From Monocercomonoides exilis PA203 (lineage: Eukaryota > Protista > Preaxostyla): DNA of 64,000 bases. The stretch is taken from positions 1,426,001 through 1,490,000 of the forward strand of contig LSRY02000005.1 of NCBI GenBank assembly GCA_001643675.2, in the 5' to 3' direction. Positions 11,780 through 24,881 of the stretch are shown here, in pieces (positions within the stretch are counted from its first letter, which is position 1; every line of letters begins with the position of its first letter). The position numbers and the translations under genes were made by a program. The notes under the pieces are model-generated. The model ran no database searches, was not told the DNA's origin, and was given only the letters and a program-made list of their open reading frames with translations.

Positions 11780-14700
11780 TTATCCCAAAAAGGTTGGTTC
11801 TTCATTACAAAACTCATCAAGCTCAAATTCAGTGTAAGTATGCGCATTCGAAAGAAGTTTTTTGGCAGAATTTAAAAAGAACTCAATTTTTTCGTCTTGT
11901 TTTTCAGCGTCCATTGCCAAAAGGATTTGATCAAACGGGACTTGTTTAATCCATTCAACAATTGGGAACAGTTTGTGTGTGTCTGAAGAATCATTGCCAG
12001 ACGAAAAAGCAGAACGAGAAGAATGATGAAACGCAGAGGGCGGGATGTATTTTCCAATGCTTGTCGGATGCAGCGTCGTCACATACGGATCATTCACTGA
12101 ATACGGCGATTCTTCGCTATCTTCTTCATTTTTGGCTCTTTTGCTGCTATCAGATTGCGTCGCATCCATCTCCATTCCTGACTCATTCACACAAAACTCT
12201 TTCCCTTTCAGCTCTTCCAGAAGCATAAACTCCTTCTGCCCATCGCCTTCCCTGTTGTCTTCTCTTCCCATGCTTCTCATACTTCCCCTTCTTCCTCTTC
12301 TGCTTTCTCCATCCATCTCCATCTCCATCTCTGTTTCCATCCCCATCCCCATCTCTTTCTCCATCTCTTTCTCCATCTCTCCATCTTCTCTTTCACTCCC
12401 CCTCTCCCTCTCCCTCTCCTCTCCCTTTTCCATCTCCACAATGCCCCTCTGAATGCGGTCAAAGCGCAGAAGCGCACAAAATGCCTGCAGAGCAATCTTC
12501 TTCAAAGGCGTGTGTTTCAATTGGTGTGCTGTCATCAGCAGGTCGCAGAATCCTCTGACGAGTGTGAATCCCAATGGATGCAGCTCAAACATATTCGGAT
12601 TGCGAAGAGAAGGAGAAGGAAGAGGAATCTGTGGTGGTGGTGGTGGAGGTGGAGGAGGGATAGGAGGAGGAAGAGGAGGAGGGGGTGCTGCTGATTCAGG
12701 GATGGGAGATGGGAAGACGGATGAGGTGGTGATAGATGAAGGAGAAAGAGAAGGAGAAGGAGAAGATGAGGCAGAAGATGAGGCAGAAAAAGGAGAAGAG
12801 GAGGAGGAGGAAGAAGAAGGAAATGGAGTGTTTGATTGAAATCCACTGAATTGAGTTTGAACGCTGTAATTTTGAGAGGAAATTTGGTTGGGCTGAAAAG
12901 ATGAAGTGGATGAAGTGTATGGATTAGGATAACTTTCAGATGAAGAAGTGAACTGTGAAGTTGAATGAGGAGCTGAAGTGAAACCAGAAGAAGGAGAAGG
13001 AGAAGGAGAAGATGATGATTGAAATGGAGAGCTATTAGAAAAAGAAAAAGAATTAAAATTAGAAGCAGAAGAAGAAGCTGAAGGATTAGCAGCAGAAGAA
13101 GTAAATGATGTAGTAAAAGGAGGAATAAGAGAAGGAGGAGGTGCAAATTGAGCATTCATCTGCTGATTCAGAGGAGTCGGCTGCTGAACAGAGGCATCTG
13201 CAACCATCTGTCCTGGCTGTAGTGAATTGCTTGGCTGGAAAAACGGAGAGGAAGAAGGAGGAAACTGAGATTGTTGAATTGGCTGCATCGATTGCATTGA
13301 TTGCATTGATTGGGCTGACTGATTAACTTGTCCCATTTGCTGTTGAATCTGTTGTTGTTGCTGATCATATCCCATTTGACCACTCCGCTGTGCATAACCA
13401 TCTGACATTCCTGATGTCCCCTGTACTTTTTGTGCTTCTTCTTTCTCCTGATTCTCCTGTATCTCTTGCATTCCTTGCGTCTCTTGCGTCTCCTGTGTCT
13501 CTTGAAGTGCCATCTGCGCCACCGATGCCATGCTAACAACAGAATACGGGTCAGCTGCATAGCGTGATGGAGGAAGCAGCAGAATTCTTCTGATGAGTGA
13601 GGTTGATGTCAGCAGAAGCGATGCCACACCTGCTGCTGCCTCACACCGCAGCTGAAGAAGAATCTCGTCGCTTTCTCTGTCTTTCCGTTGCATCTCTATC
13701 TGCTTTTTGATGCGTCTGCTGTCTCGAACATTTGAAGAGCTTCCAGAACATTCTCCTTCTCCTCCATCTCCTCCTTCTCCCCCTCTTTCTCCTTCTCCTC
13801 CTTCTCCATCTTCTGCACTGCCTTCGTCATCTGTATCAGAATCTTCATAGAGCCCTTGCATACACATAGGCATCTCCAGATCTTTGCCCCTCATCTTTCT
13901 CTGCTGCCGCTGCTTCCTCTGCTTCTCTTCCTTCTCTTCTTCATCGTCCCATTCATCACATCCATTCTCTTCTCCTGCACCATCAGCACTTCCTTGTTCT
14001 TTGCCATTCTTTTTTTTGCCGGCACACACACCCACATTATTCTTCATCTGCGCCATTTTCCTTTTCTCCTCTCTCTTTTCGCGATTTGTGGTCAAATCGA
14101 TGCCACACATCAGCCGCACCATTCTGAGCACCACGTCTGCCTCAAACACCTTTTCTGCATTCTGAATCCCGTCACACGCAATGTTGCAGAGTGTGCTGCA
14201 GGTCTGTTGGGAGTTTCATTAAAGAGAGTAATAAAAGAGAGAGAAAGAGAAAGAGAATTTATTTATTCAGAATAAATAAATAAATAAATTTGTTAATTGA
14301 ATAAACAAATGGAAAAAATCAGTTCTTAATTTAAAAAAAAAAGAAAGGAAAACAAAAGAGTGATTAAAAACACACCAATGTGAGGATAGTCTGGTTGATG
14401 TGTGTGTGCAGAACAGTCGAAAGTGCTGTGAGGGTGTTGTTTTTGATCAGCAGCTGTGTCATTTTCTCGTCTCCACGCGACACATTGCACACAACACTCG
14501 CTGCAGCTGTGGCAGTGACGATGGACTGATGGCTGAATGAAGAGATGGATGGTTGAATGATTGAATGGTTGGAGGATAAATAGATGAAGAGATGAAGAGA
14601 TGAACGCATTTATATTGACATTTTTTTAAAGAAAGAACCGCATTGAAAGCATTGATGAATTTATGTAAATTGAGCACACACACACACATACACAAAAAAA

Positions 14701-16048
14701 AAAAAAAAAGAAAGAAAGAAAAAAATAGAAAAGAACAAACAAACAAATAAATAAATAAACGAATACATAAATTGTCGTTTTTTAACACGAAACAAAGACA
14801 AACTATAGCAAATTGATCACGTTCTTCAGCCATCCAATTGCTAGTGCCACTTCGAGGTTAGCTGTGTCTGAAGTGATTGAAGCAATGCCCCAGAGCGATG
14901 AACTCACAATCTCCACGTCCCGCGCATGGATCAGCCTGGCGAAGAAGGGCAAGAGAGGAGAAGTGACTGAGAAAGGAGGAGACGGATTGCCTACACAGAG
15001 AGAAGACAAAGCAGAAGTGATGAGCGTGGGCAGTTCTGATGGAAGAGGCCGTTTGAACAGCTCACACAGCGAATCAGCGGCTCCAAGAGACAAAAACATG
15101 TCGCGGTACTTCGTTTGGGAAAAGGAGAGATTGCTGAATAGAAATTCAGTTTTTTTTAATGAAATGAAAATAAATTTGAAAGTTTCATGTTGTTTTTGAA
15201 GAATGGATGATTTTTGAAAAAAAATAATCTGTCATACGCAATTGCCCATGTAGATGCTTTCACAAGATCCTGATTTGTAAGCTATATTTTAAAGTGTTTT
15301 TATTCAAATAAAAAAATTTCACCAAAAAAAGAAAGTTTTATCGTTTCCTACCTTTAAAAGCCTAACCATGTCTTTAGCCGTATCGATGGGCAAGATGGAA
15401 TCAAGATCATCTCCATCTTCAATTGTCAGATTTGTGTATATCCATAAAACTTCTATCTGCAGCTCAGGAAAATGATCATTTTTCATTGCAGATCCGATAA
15501 CACTAAAAAGTCCTGAATCAATAAGCAATTTCATTGGTGGCTTTTCCTCTTTAAAAGTAACATGACTAAAATTATTTTTTTAAAAATAAGCGATACCAAC
15601 CACTTGATATAATTGTTTTGATTGATCTGCAAGTGTCAAGCTGAATATCTTTTCTATCAGAATAAAAACTTGATAAAAGTTCTGGAAGTTGAGAGATCTA
15701 CAAACATCGTGAAATATGTCATTGAAAACTCAATATTATAATTTTTAAAACCTTTAAATAAAGTGATGCAGAAAGCTGTTCCATTCCATCAGATAAACTT
15801 GTTTTTCTATGAGATAAGAGTTTCATCATTCTTTTATGATTTCTCAAAGAATAAACTTCCATTCCACGCTTTTCACGTTCATGCGTTTCACTAGCATCTA
15901 TGTTAATTAATGTTTACACATAAAAAGCACACTCCTTTGATTTTCAAACAAAATCTATTATACCTTGTTCATGGGACGCAAATCGTAAAGATTCACGTCT
16001 TTCTTTAAAAAAAGTCATTAGTTTAGAAGGAGCATTGAGATCAGTCAT
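11780..16048 (-). CDS. Divergent importin-alpha-like ARM-repeat protein with large low-complexity insertions, multi-exon
   Basis: Exon 2 has an IBB-like segment EREKRGMEVYSLRNHKRMMKLLSHR. ARM helices: LQIEVLWIYTNL, KASTWAIA, SSLWGIASI, VVCNVSRGDEKMTQLLI, GFCDLL. Confidence 0.75.
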
Positions 16049-16202
16049 GTTTTCACCACTTCTTTGCAATATAAACGAAGTGATAAAATGCAAATAAAAT
16101 TTATGACTTAATCTGACGGTTCTTTTGATCTTATAAAACACTGTTATTTTTTTCTTATAAATATTACAAATATAATCAAACGGATTTTGAAAGCTTTTTC
16201 CT

Positions 16203-17051
16203 TCAAAATCCTGTATCATCCTCAAACTCAAGTTCCAGATCATCTTTTGATTTTTGTGGATCATCAACATAACGATAGTATGTTTTACCAACATCTTTGA
16301 GCAAAGTTGAAGCAGGCGCATTTGATTGTGCAGATTTTCCTTCTGAATTTCCCATCTCGTTAAGTGCTTTTTCAAATGATAAATCATCATTCTTCTTTGA
16401 GCGTATTGAATCATTTGGATCAAGAAGAGTCCCATCCAGCGCTCTCTGCGGTACTTTTTTCGAGCTTTCAAGCGCTTCTGCTTGTTCTTGTTCCTCGAGA
16501 GCTTTCATATCAGCTTTAACTTTCTTTGAACGATATTCAGGCCTCAACATATAATAATTTCTAAATTTTCCTTTTTTAATTGGTACGGCTATTCTATTAA
16601 GAATATCTTTTAAAAATGCTTCAGGCTGTTGAGTTTGATCAGCAAGAAGTTTTACTGTCCAAAGACAACTTCCTTCTTCAAAACATCGGAATAAGATGTC
16701 AAGAAGACTATCTTCATCCATACGAGCTCTGTGCTCCTTTAGTGGTTTCATTTTAGACGTATCATATGAAAGAGATGGCATTCTGAAGCCAGCTGAAGTT
16801 ACAATAAAATAAAAAAATTCGTTGAAATGATAAGTTTCATAAAAATGAAATAAATTCCAACAAAAAATAAAGAATATAAAATCTATGATTAAGTGACAAG
16901 ATGACCATACAAGAAGGCGAATCCCTATCATCTCTGGTGCGTTTTATAGTCATGTAATTTTTTATTATATAAAATGATCAAAAATGTTCAAGGGATACTT
17001 CCTTTTTTTAAACGCTGCTTTAATGTGTGAAGTGGAATCATTTTTGTCCAT
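16203..17051 (-). CDS. GTF2F2: TFIIF beta (RAP30/Tfg2) C-terminal winged-helix protein; exons 17051-16999, 16933-16911, 16792-16203
   Basis: RARMDEDSLLDILFRCFEEGSCLWTVKLLADQTQQPEAFLKDILNRIAVPIKKGKFRNYYMLRPEYR matches the RAP30 WH domain. GT-AG splicing keeps the frame from ATG 17051. Confidence 0.8.
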
Positions 17052-20000
17052 TTTGATTTCCTAGTATCAAGCCAATTAAATCCTTTAAGTTCACAAAAAG
17101 GATGCGATTTTTTCAATCTATTCTTCCAAGTCTTCAAAGGAGTTGATGAAGCCTCCCAATTAATAACATCCCAATGATCAAGAACTGCCATTCTAAGAGA
17201 CCAATCATCACACACTAAGCGATTATCCGCTTCTATCCACCCAAACGGAGAGAACAGCGAAAACAATTTAGAAATCACTTCATCATTTTGTGTTTCTTCA
17301 TCAGATGAAGACAATAAACTACATTTTCTTTTAGAATTCACACGCAGTTGCTCAAAGCATTCAGGTGGAAACGAGCTGAGATATTTTGAAATGGCAAACT
17401 GCAGCGGAGAATGCAAAAACTGCTCAGGATGCTCAGATGACAAGGACGATGCTTCAAGACCCGGACGAGGCGTCTTTTTTTCGTTATTATTAAAATTATA
17501 ATTATTTTCATTTTTATCTAAGAATGACCAATCACCACATCTGGCAATAGAATACTGCTGAGGATAATGCAGAGGAGCAATGGCTTCACGAATATGTGGG
17601 TCTGACACGAAAAGGCGTATCATTGTTTGAAGAGAAGGAAGGAATTTTGGAGAAGAGAGAGATTTTGTGGAGAAAGAAGAAGAAGGAGGAGGAGGAGAGA
17701 GAGAAGGAGAAGAGGTGGAAAGTGGTGTGTTGATTGGAGGGGATGTTTGATGTGTTAGAGACGATGAAGATGTTTGATGATGAATGGATTGAGCTTTTGG
17801 TGGTGATGATGATGATGAAAATGAAGTTAAAGATGGAGAAGAAGAAATTGAGGAGGAAGAAGAGGAAGAGGAGGAGGAGAAAGAAGAAGAAGAAGATGAT
17901 GATGATATTAACATTTGTTTTCTCTTGCTTCTTGTGTCATAACCAATTTCTTCTCTTTTATTTCTTATCAATTCATTGTCCTTCTCTCTGCTCAATCTGA
18001 ACACAGAATTCATCCCAAACAGAATATTCGCATTATCCAACGTCCTTTTCATTTCTTCTTCTTTTGCTTCTCTTTCTCTTTCTCTTTCTTCTTCTTCTTT
18101 TCTCTTTCTTCTTTCCGTCTTCTTCTTAAATAACAGAGCTTCATAGTTTGGTATTGGAGTCACAGCTGTCATTTTGAAGTCCAAAGGGCTGAAGCGAATG
18201 TGCAGATGAGGAAGAGGGTTGACAGGGAAAGGAAGATATTTGCATTCTGGTTGGAGGAGTGAGGGATCTATTGGATTGGTTGGATTGATTGGAGATGAGG
18301 GAGAAGAAGAAGAAGGAGAAGACGATGATGAAGAGGGATATGAACGAAGAGGAGGAGAAGAAAGAGAAAGAGAAGGAGAAAGAGAGGAAGAGGAAGAGGA
18401 AGAGGAGGTGGAGGGATAAGATGATGATAACGATGATGATGACGTGGAAGATGTTGATTTCAAAGCAGAATAATACTGCTGAGTCAGAGGAGATAGCTTC
18501 AATGGAATGTTTGAAGAAGAATTATCAAAAGAAGAAGAAGAAGAGAGAGAGGGAGAAGGAGAAGGAGAAGGAGAAGAGGAAGGAGAAGAGGAAGGAGAAG
18601 AGGAAGAAGAAGAAAACATCAATGGCGATGAAGAAGGGGAATAAGCAGTTGCCACCAATGTATCATTCGACCCCAAAGAATATGTATTTTTTGCTTTTTC
18701 TTTCTCCCTCTCTTCCTTCTCTTCCTTCTCTTCCTCTTTCTCCTTCTCCCTCTGCGCTGTCTCCTCCCTCTTCCTCCTCTTCTTCCCCATCTTCTCCCTC
18801 TCTTCCCTCTCTTCCCTCTCTTCCTTCTCCTTCTCTTTCTCCTCCTCCATCATCTCCATCTTCTTCCTCTGCCTTTCAACTTCCACACAAAACTCGTCTC
18901 CTCTTTCTGTTTCCTTCACCCCTTCTTCTCCAAACAGCCTCTCCCGCTCCTCCAAATACACCCGGCACAAGTCAATTATCTTCCATAGCTCGTTTGTTCT
19001 TTCCCAAATCGCTTCTTCGTCGAAAGACAAAAAAGACAGCTGTTTTTCCACTGATGAAACAGTTTCCCTGTCGAACAGACTGACAGACGGAACATAAGGG
19101 CTCTGATAGTTGGAAGAGAGGAGAGGAGGAGAAGGAGAAGGAGAAGGAGATGCTTTTGATGGAGTTGCAATTGTATTTTTCTTGCTCTTCTTGCTCTTCT
19201 TCGTTTTCTTCTTCTTCTTCTTCTTCTTCGCTGCTGCTGCTGCTGACGACGACGATGATGCTATTGCTGATTTCATCATCATCATTTTCACTGAGTTGTT
19301 CGTGAATTTCTTTGCCATTTCTTTTTCTTTCCTTTTTTCTTTCTTTCTTTTTTTCTTTTTCCCCTTCTTTTTATCAGAATGCAAATTAGCCACTTTTGCC
19401 GATAGCTTCTTCTGTGTTAGGCGAAAGAAGGAATTTCTCAATGGAATTGTGGAATTAAAAGAAGAAGAAGAAGAAGAAGAAGAAGAAGAAGAAGAAGAAG
19501 AAGAACGAGGAGAAGAAGAAGAAGGGGAAGAAGAAGGTGAGCGGGAAGATGAACGAGAAGAAGAAGGAGAAAGAGAAGGGAAAGGAGAAGAAAGAGAAGG
19601 AGATATAGAAGAAGGAGATATAGAAGCAGGAAAAGATAATGGTGAAGGTGGATATAAAGAAGAAGAATAAATAGAAGAAGAAGAAGAAGAAGAAGGAAAA
19701 GGAGAAGATGATGATGATGGTAATAAGGACGATAACGATGAAGAGGAAACAGATTTTGGTGAAGTTAGCAGATTTGAAGAAGAAGAAGAAGAAGAAAAAT
19801 AAAGAGGAGCTGGAGGAAGTGAAGAAGAAGAAGAAGAAGAAGAAGAAGATGATGATGATGAAGAGGAAGAGGAAGAGGAAGAAGAGGATATTGAAGAGGA
19901 AGAAGGCGAAGAAGAAGAAAATTGAGGCAGTAAAGCATTCTGCTGTTGAGGCAGCGATTGCAACGTGTTTGGCGAAGAATGAGGCGATGCTTGTCCGCGA

Positions 20001-21302
20001 AAATAAATAGGCGCTTTCAATGAGGAAGAGGAAGGGGAAGAAGAAATTGAAGAAGACGACGATGAAGAAGACGATGATGAATAAGAGTAAAACGAAGATA
20101 TTGATGAAGGGGAAGAAGCTAACGGAGCTTGTTTTGGAGCAAGTGGATAAGCGCAGGGCGATATTGGCAACGAGGACAAGATTTTTGACATCTTTTGAGA
20201 GAACAAGAAAGAGCGGACGGCAGAAACATAGGAATCAGTTGTAGGATAAAGAGAACGAGAAGGAATGGATAAAGGAGAAGGAGAAATAAAACGTGAAGAA
20301 GAAGAAGAAACCAATGGAAGCGGAGGATTTGTGGTTGGAGCAAAAGGAGGTGATATTTGATGCGATGGAGATGGTATACGAGATGCTGATAACACTGATG
20401 GGGTGGAAGAAGTGAGTGAGGTAGTTATATTGTTATTGTTAACTGCATGAGAAGGAGGAGGAAGGGAAGGAGGTGAAGAAGAAGAAGAAGAAGAAGAAGA
20501 AGGAGGAGGAGGAGGAGGAGCAGGATTAGAAGAAGAATTTGAAGATGAACTTAACTGAGGTGAAGAAAGAGTCGATGGTGATATAGAAATGGGTGAAGAA
20601 GAAGAAGAAGAAGATAATGAAGAAGAAGTCGATGATGAAGAGGGAGAGAAAGATGAAGAAGAACCAAACACAATATTTTCTGTATGAGTCAATTGAGGAG
20701 GAGCAATCAAAGAATAAGAAGAAGTTTGGCCCAAAGGCTTCGGAAATAGCAGAGAGCTCGGAGAAATAGAAGGTGTGGGCGGATGGGGCAATAAAAGAAT
20801 CTCCGAATCTCCGAAAGACGGAGCAGGTGTTGATGGCGTGGAAGAGGGATGAAGTGAATCAGATTGAATTGAAGTTGCTTTGACGGAAACAGAAGGAGAA
20901 GGAGAAGGAGAAATAGAAGCAGAAGAAAAATGAGAAGGAGGAGAAGGAGGAAGGGGAAATGAAGGAGAAGCAGAGGCAGATGCAGAGGTTGAATGAGAAA
21001 CAGAAGGAGAAGGAGAAGCTGAAGTCAAATCCTTAAGTGATCTCAACTGATTGCTCTGCGCCCCCACATTCACCTGTGGATACCTCAAAACCGATGAGGT
21101 GACACAGCTGAATGGAGTTGTATCGTCGTACAGAAGCAAAGTCCCATCGTCGTTTGGGTCAGATGTGCCATACACCTCTTCTGCATAGAGCACATTCCAG
21201 AAACGCGACTCGCAGTGCTCAGCTGCCTTCCCGTCTCCCACGTCAGAGGCAATCGCTGTCCAGTTGCCGAGACCGTTGCGGAGGATGGAGTCTGCAATCA
21301 TT

Positions 21303-21333
<31 letters not shown>

Positions 21334-22346
21334 TATTTATTTTTTGTGGAATACAGAAAAGATAAAAAAAAAATAATAAAATCAGAGTGAAATATGAAAG
21401 TAGAAAAACAAAAATCATAATTATAAAACATAAATGCTTTGTCACATCTTTCATTCATCACATTAAGTCTCATTAACATACTCAATAAAGCAACATCATC
21501 CAATTCGTTCCATTCACATCTAATAATTCTTGGCCCTGTGGATTGAGATTCGCCAGTGCTTTGAAAAAGTGGAAGAGAAGGAGTGCAAAGCGTCTCTGAT
21601 GTTATCAGCTTCATTGGATGATCGAGTGTATGCACATCTCCATTAGTTGCAGTCTTTGGCTCATACTGTTCATATGCAGAACGAGATGAATACTGCTTTG
21701 AAAAGCAATCCATACACAAGTCATACTCTAAACAAAACATACACGAGACCCATCTATCTTTAACGGTCGTTCCACATTCGTTGCACTGAATGCGTTCAAC
21801 AGGCATTGACAGTCCTGCATCGGAAAAAGATGAAGTTTCTTCACTGGATGATTCACTTTTGCTTGCTTGCTTTTCCTTTGAGCGTGGATATCTTTTTTGT
21901 TTGGATAATGAGGATTTTAATTTCGTTGAACTTTGAGCATTGACTTTATTTGTTATCTTTTTCAATGAAAAAATGTTTTCTGATTGAGAATCTTCAGCTT
22001 TATCATTCTGCAATGATTCTTTTATGAAATCATTTGCTTTCTTTGTCATCTTTCTGGACCATTTGATATTGAACATTTCACAAAAATTGTCAGTTGATAA
22101 CGTATCGCATTGGAGGCGAGCAGTTTGAAAAATTTGTTCAAGATAAAGGCAGTTGACATTCAAAATCGAAATTATTTGTTCATATATGGGGTTATCTTTA
22201 AAAAATGTTTTTGAGAGTGAAACTTGACTTCTTTTAAAATTCACTGCTTCATGGATGATTTGATCTCTTTGATACAATGTAACCTTCTGAAACAGTTTGT
22301 GAAGACGAAAAAAAGCAGGGAAAAGTGATAGATGTTTCTGTTGCAT
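16988..22346 (-). CDS. Ada2-like ZZ zinc finger + SANT/Myb protein with a very long Ser/Pro-rich region
   Basis: ZZ finger CNECGTTVKDRWVSCMFCLEYDLCMDCF. After removing the intron at ~21294-21482 the SANT reads WNELDDVALLNSILRNGLGNWTAIASDVGDGKAAEHCESRFW. Confidence 0.75.
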
Positions 22347-24036
22347 ATGGACATTCTAATTTTCTGGATATTTTTTGATTAATTAAAATGTAAAACATTG
22401 ATGATCGTCTAAAATAAATTATGGCGAAATTTCTGAAAGAAGATGTCATTTGAATTAACGCTCCAGAAAAGAAAAATATCGGAAAATGACAAACAACAAT
22501 CGATTTTAATTAACGTTTTCCAAATATGCTCCTGAATGGTCTGAAAATACAAATTTTTAAGTTAAAAAAAGAAAGATGATTGGTGAAAATATTTTTTTTG
22601 ATGAAGCTCGAATGAAAACAAATGTTTTTTAATTTTATAAATGATAAAAGTTGAAATGAATGCGTGATGCATTTTTGGTCATGTAGCTCCTTATCACTAC
22701 AATACAAATTATCTTTTTTTTGCGTGAAAGAAAAACAAAACAATCTTTGTAATATTCAGAAATATTAAACATAAACGTTATCAATTTCAATGCGTTCAAT
22801 TCGTGTTGTAGAATCATTTCTTATTTATTGAAAATTTGCTTTCACATGTTTGTTGCAAATGGAATCATTCTACTTCAATAAATATGTAACGCAACAGTTG
22901 AGAAATAAACAAATTCCAAGATACTAACATCATCGTTTAAAAGGAAAAGAGAGATGTAATTCATTTTAATATTCTTTTTTGCTCAAAGAATGACAAATGC
23001 ATGCTAAACACCAAATATTAGATAACTGTAAATAACGATTTTCCTCTGCAAGATATTCAAAGAATCTCCATTTCAATTGTTAACTCGAGTTAACATTACA
23101 ATATCCAAAGAAAGTTTGATACAAAAAAATATAAAGCTTGTATAAACTCTAAGCTAACTATCGGTTATCCATTGGAGTAGATTGTAACTATTTTTTCTTT
23201 ATTATTAAGAAAATTCCAAATTCGTTCATCTTCCCAAAGAATGGTTTGTCTGAAACGAATAGCGTCAATGCAAATTTGAAATGCATCTCTTTTGTTCTCC
23301 AATCTGCAAATCCCCTATCCCAAAATGTGTTGAAATTGTACTTTTCAAAAAAGGAACTCGACATAACAACAAAACAGCAAATTGCAAAATAAGCATTGAT
23401 TACTATTCAAAACATGTAAAGATAATCATTAGCAACGCAAGCCGATTCGCGTGCATGTCATGTGCAAAGCAATATCGATCATAAATCATTGACAAAAAAG
23501 GAAAAAATTGTATTAAGTTTTCGCATATTTAATTTGAAGGGAAATGCATTCTATTCTTTATTCGCATGCCACTAAAAGTTTTATGTCGAAGGTTCATTGT
23601 ACCGCAAGATATCGCTCAATTAGAAATCCAACAAAGAATCAAATTAATTTTCCTCGAGAAGAACATTTTTGATTAATAATCTCAAAACGGTTCGATTAAT
23701 AATAATAATAAGAAAAATTTGAAGTTGTGAGCATTATCGTATTTGCTCTGTTTTTAAATCACTTTTCCAATATGAAGTGATCCAGCCATAATGAAGTTTT
23801 AAAGCATTAAATAACTTTAGTAAATACACAGAAAAAGATAGTGCTTTGCAAGACGTTGGTTTAAATTTAAAATATAAATGAAGAAATAGTTTACATATGA
23901 TAAATTATCCCCTAAAACAACATATCATCAGCATTAAATAAATGAAAAAGATTGAAGAATTTGAAGAAGAAAGACTCAAAATAAATGTAATTCAGAACGA
24001 AGAATAGCAAAAATAATTATGTAAATAAACTCCAAT

Positions 24037-24823
24037 TTATGCCATTGCTTCTTCTTCTCCGATTTTGTTCATAGGATCTTCTTCGGACATACGATATTCC
24101 ACAGCCTCTGCTTGCGCTTTTGTCTCAACCGCAGGCTCATTGTTTTGTTGAGATATGAGATGAATCTTCTCAATTTCCTTTGAAAGAACACGAACACACT
24201 GTAAAAAAATAACAAATAATCCCGTTTTTATTTCATTTGATAAATAAATAAATAAATAAATAATAAAAAGAAAGAAAGAAAGAAAGAAATATTTTCATAC
24301 ATCCGAAAATGACACAGTCTTCAAGCAATATGGATCAGCCTTGTCGAGCCACTTCTCAATTGCTTTTCCTTCTTCAATAAAATCTCGTTCTTCCTGCTTC
24401 TCCTTCTCCTCTTGCTTCTCCTTCTCTCTCTGCTCCTCTTCTCTTATCTGCCTCTTTGTCTTCTTCTTCTTGTCCTTTCCCCCGCTTTCCATCGCCTCCA
24501 GCCTCTCCCTCTCTTCCCTCTCTCTTTCCTCTGCTATCCGTTCTTTCCTCTTCCTCTCCTCTTTCATAGTTGACAGGATTTTCTCGCACAGCATCACAAA
24601 CTCCGTCTCATCCACTCTTCCAATAGCCACAAACTCCTCTCCGCTTCCTGATGTTCCACTTTCTTCCTTTTCGCTTTCTTTCTTTTTCTTCGCTGCCTCC
24701 TCTTGAACTGACACAAACATTGTTCGGAACTCATGAAGAAGCTTGACATGCTCTGAGAGATGGAAGAATAAGACGATCTGTTCGTGTTAAAAACAAAACA
24801 AAACAAAACAAAAAAAAACAAAA

Positions 24824-24881
<58 letters not shown>

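Noticed and set aside
17734-20343. Many plus-strand E/K/R-rich ORFs
   Set aside because: These are antisense shadows of Ser-rich coding sequence. The same applies to ORFs opposite the other low-complexity genes.
22450-23950. Short ORFs between the Ada2-like and LRR genes
   Set aside because: All frames checked hit stops, and no motif or clear exon chain was found.
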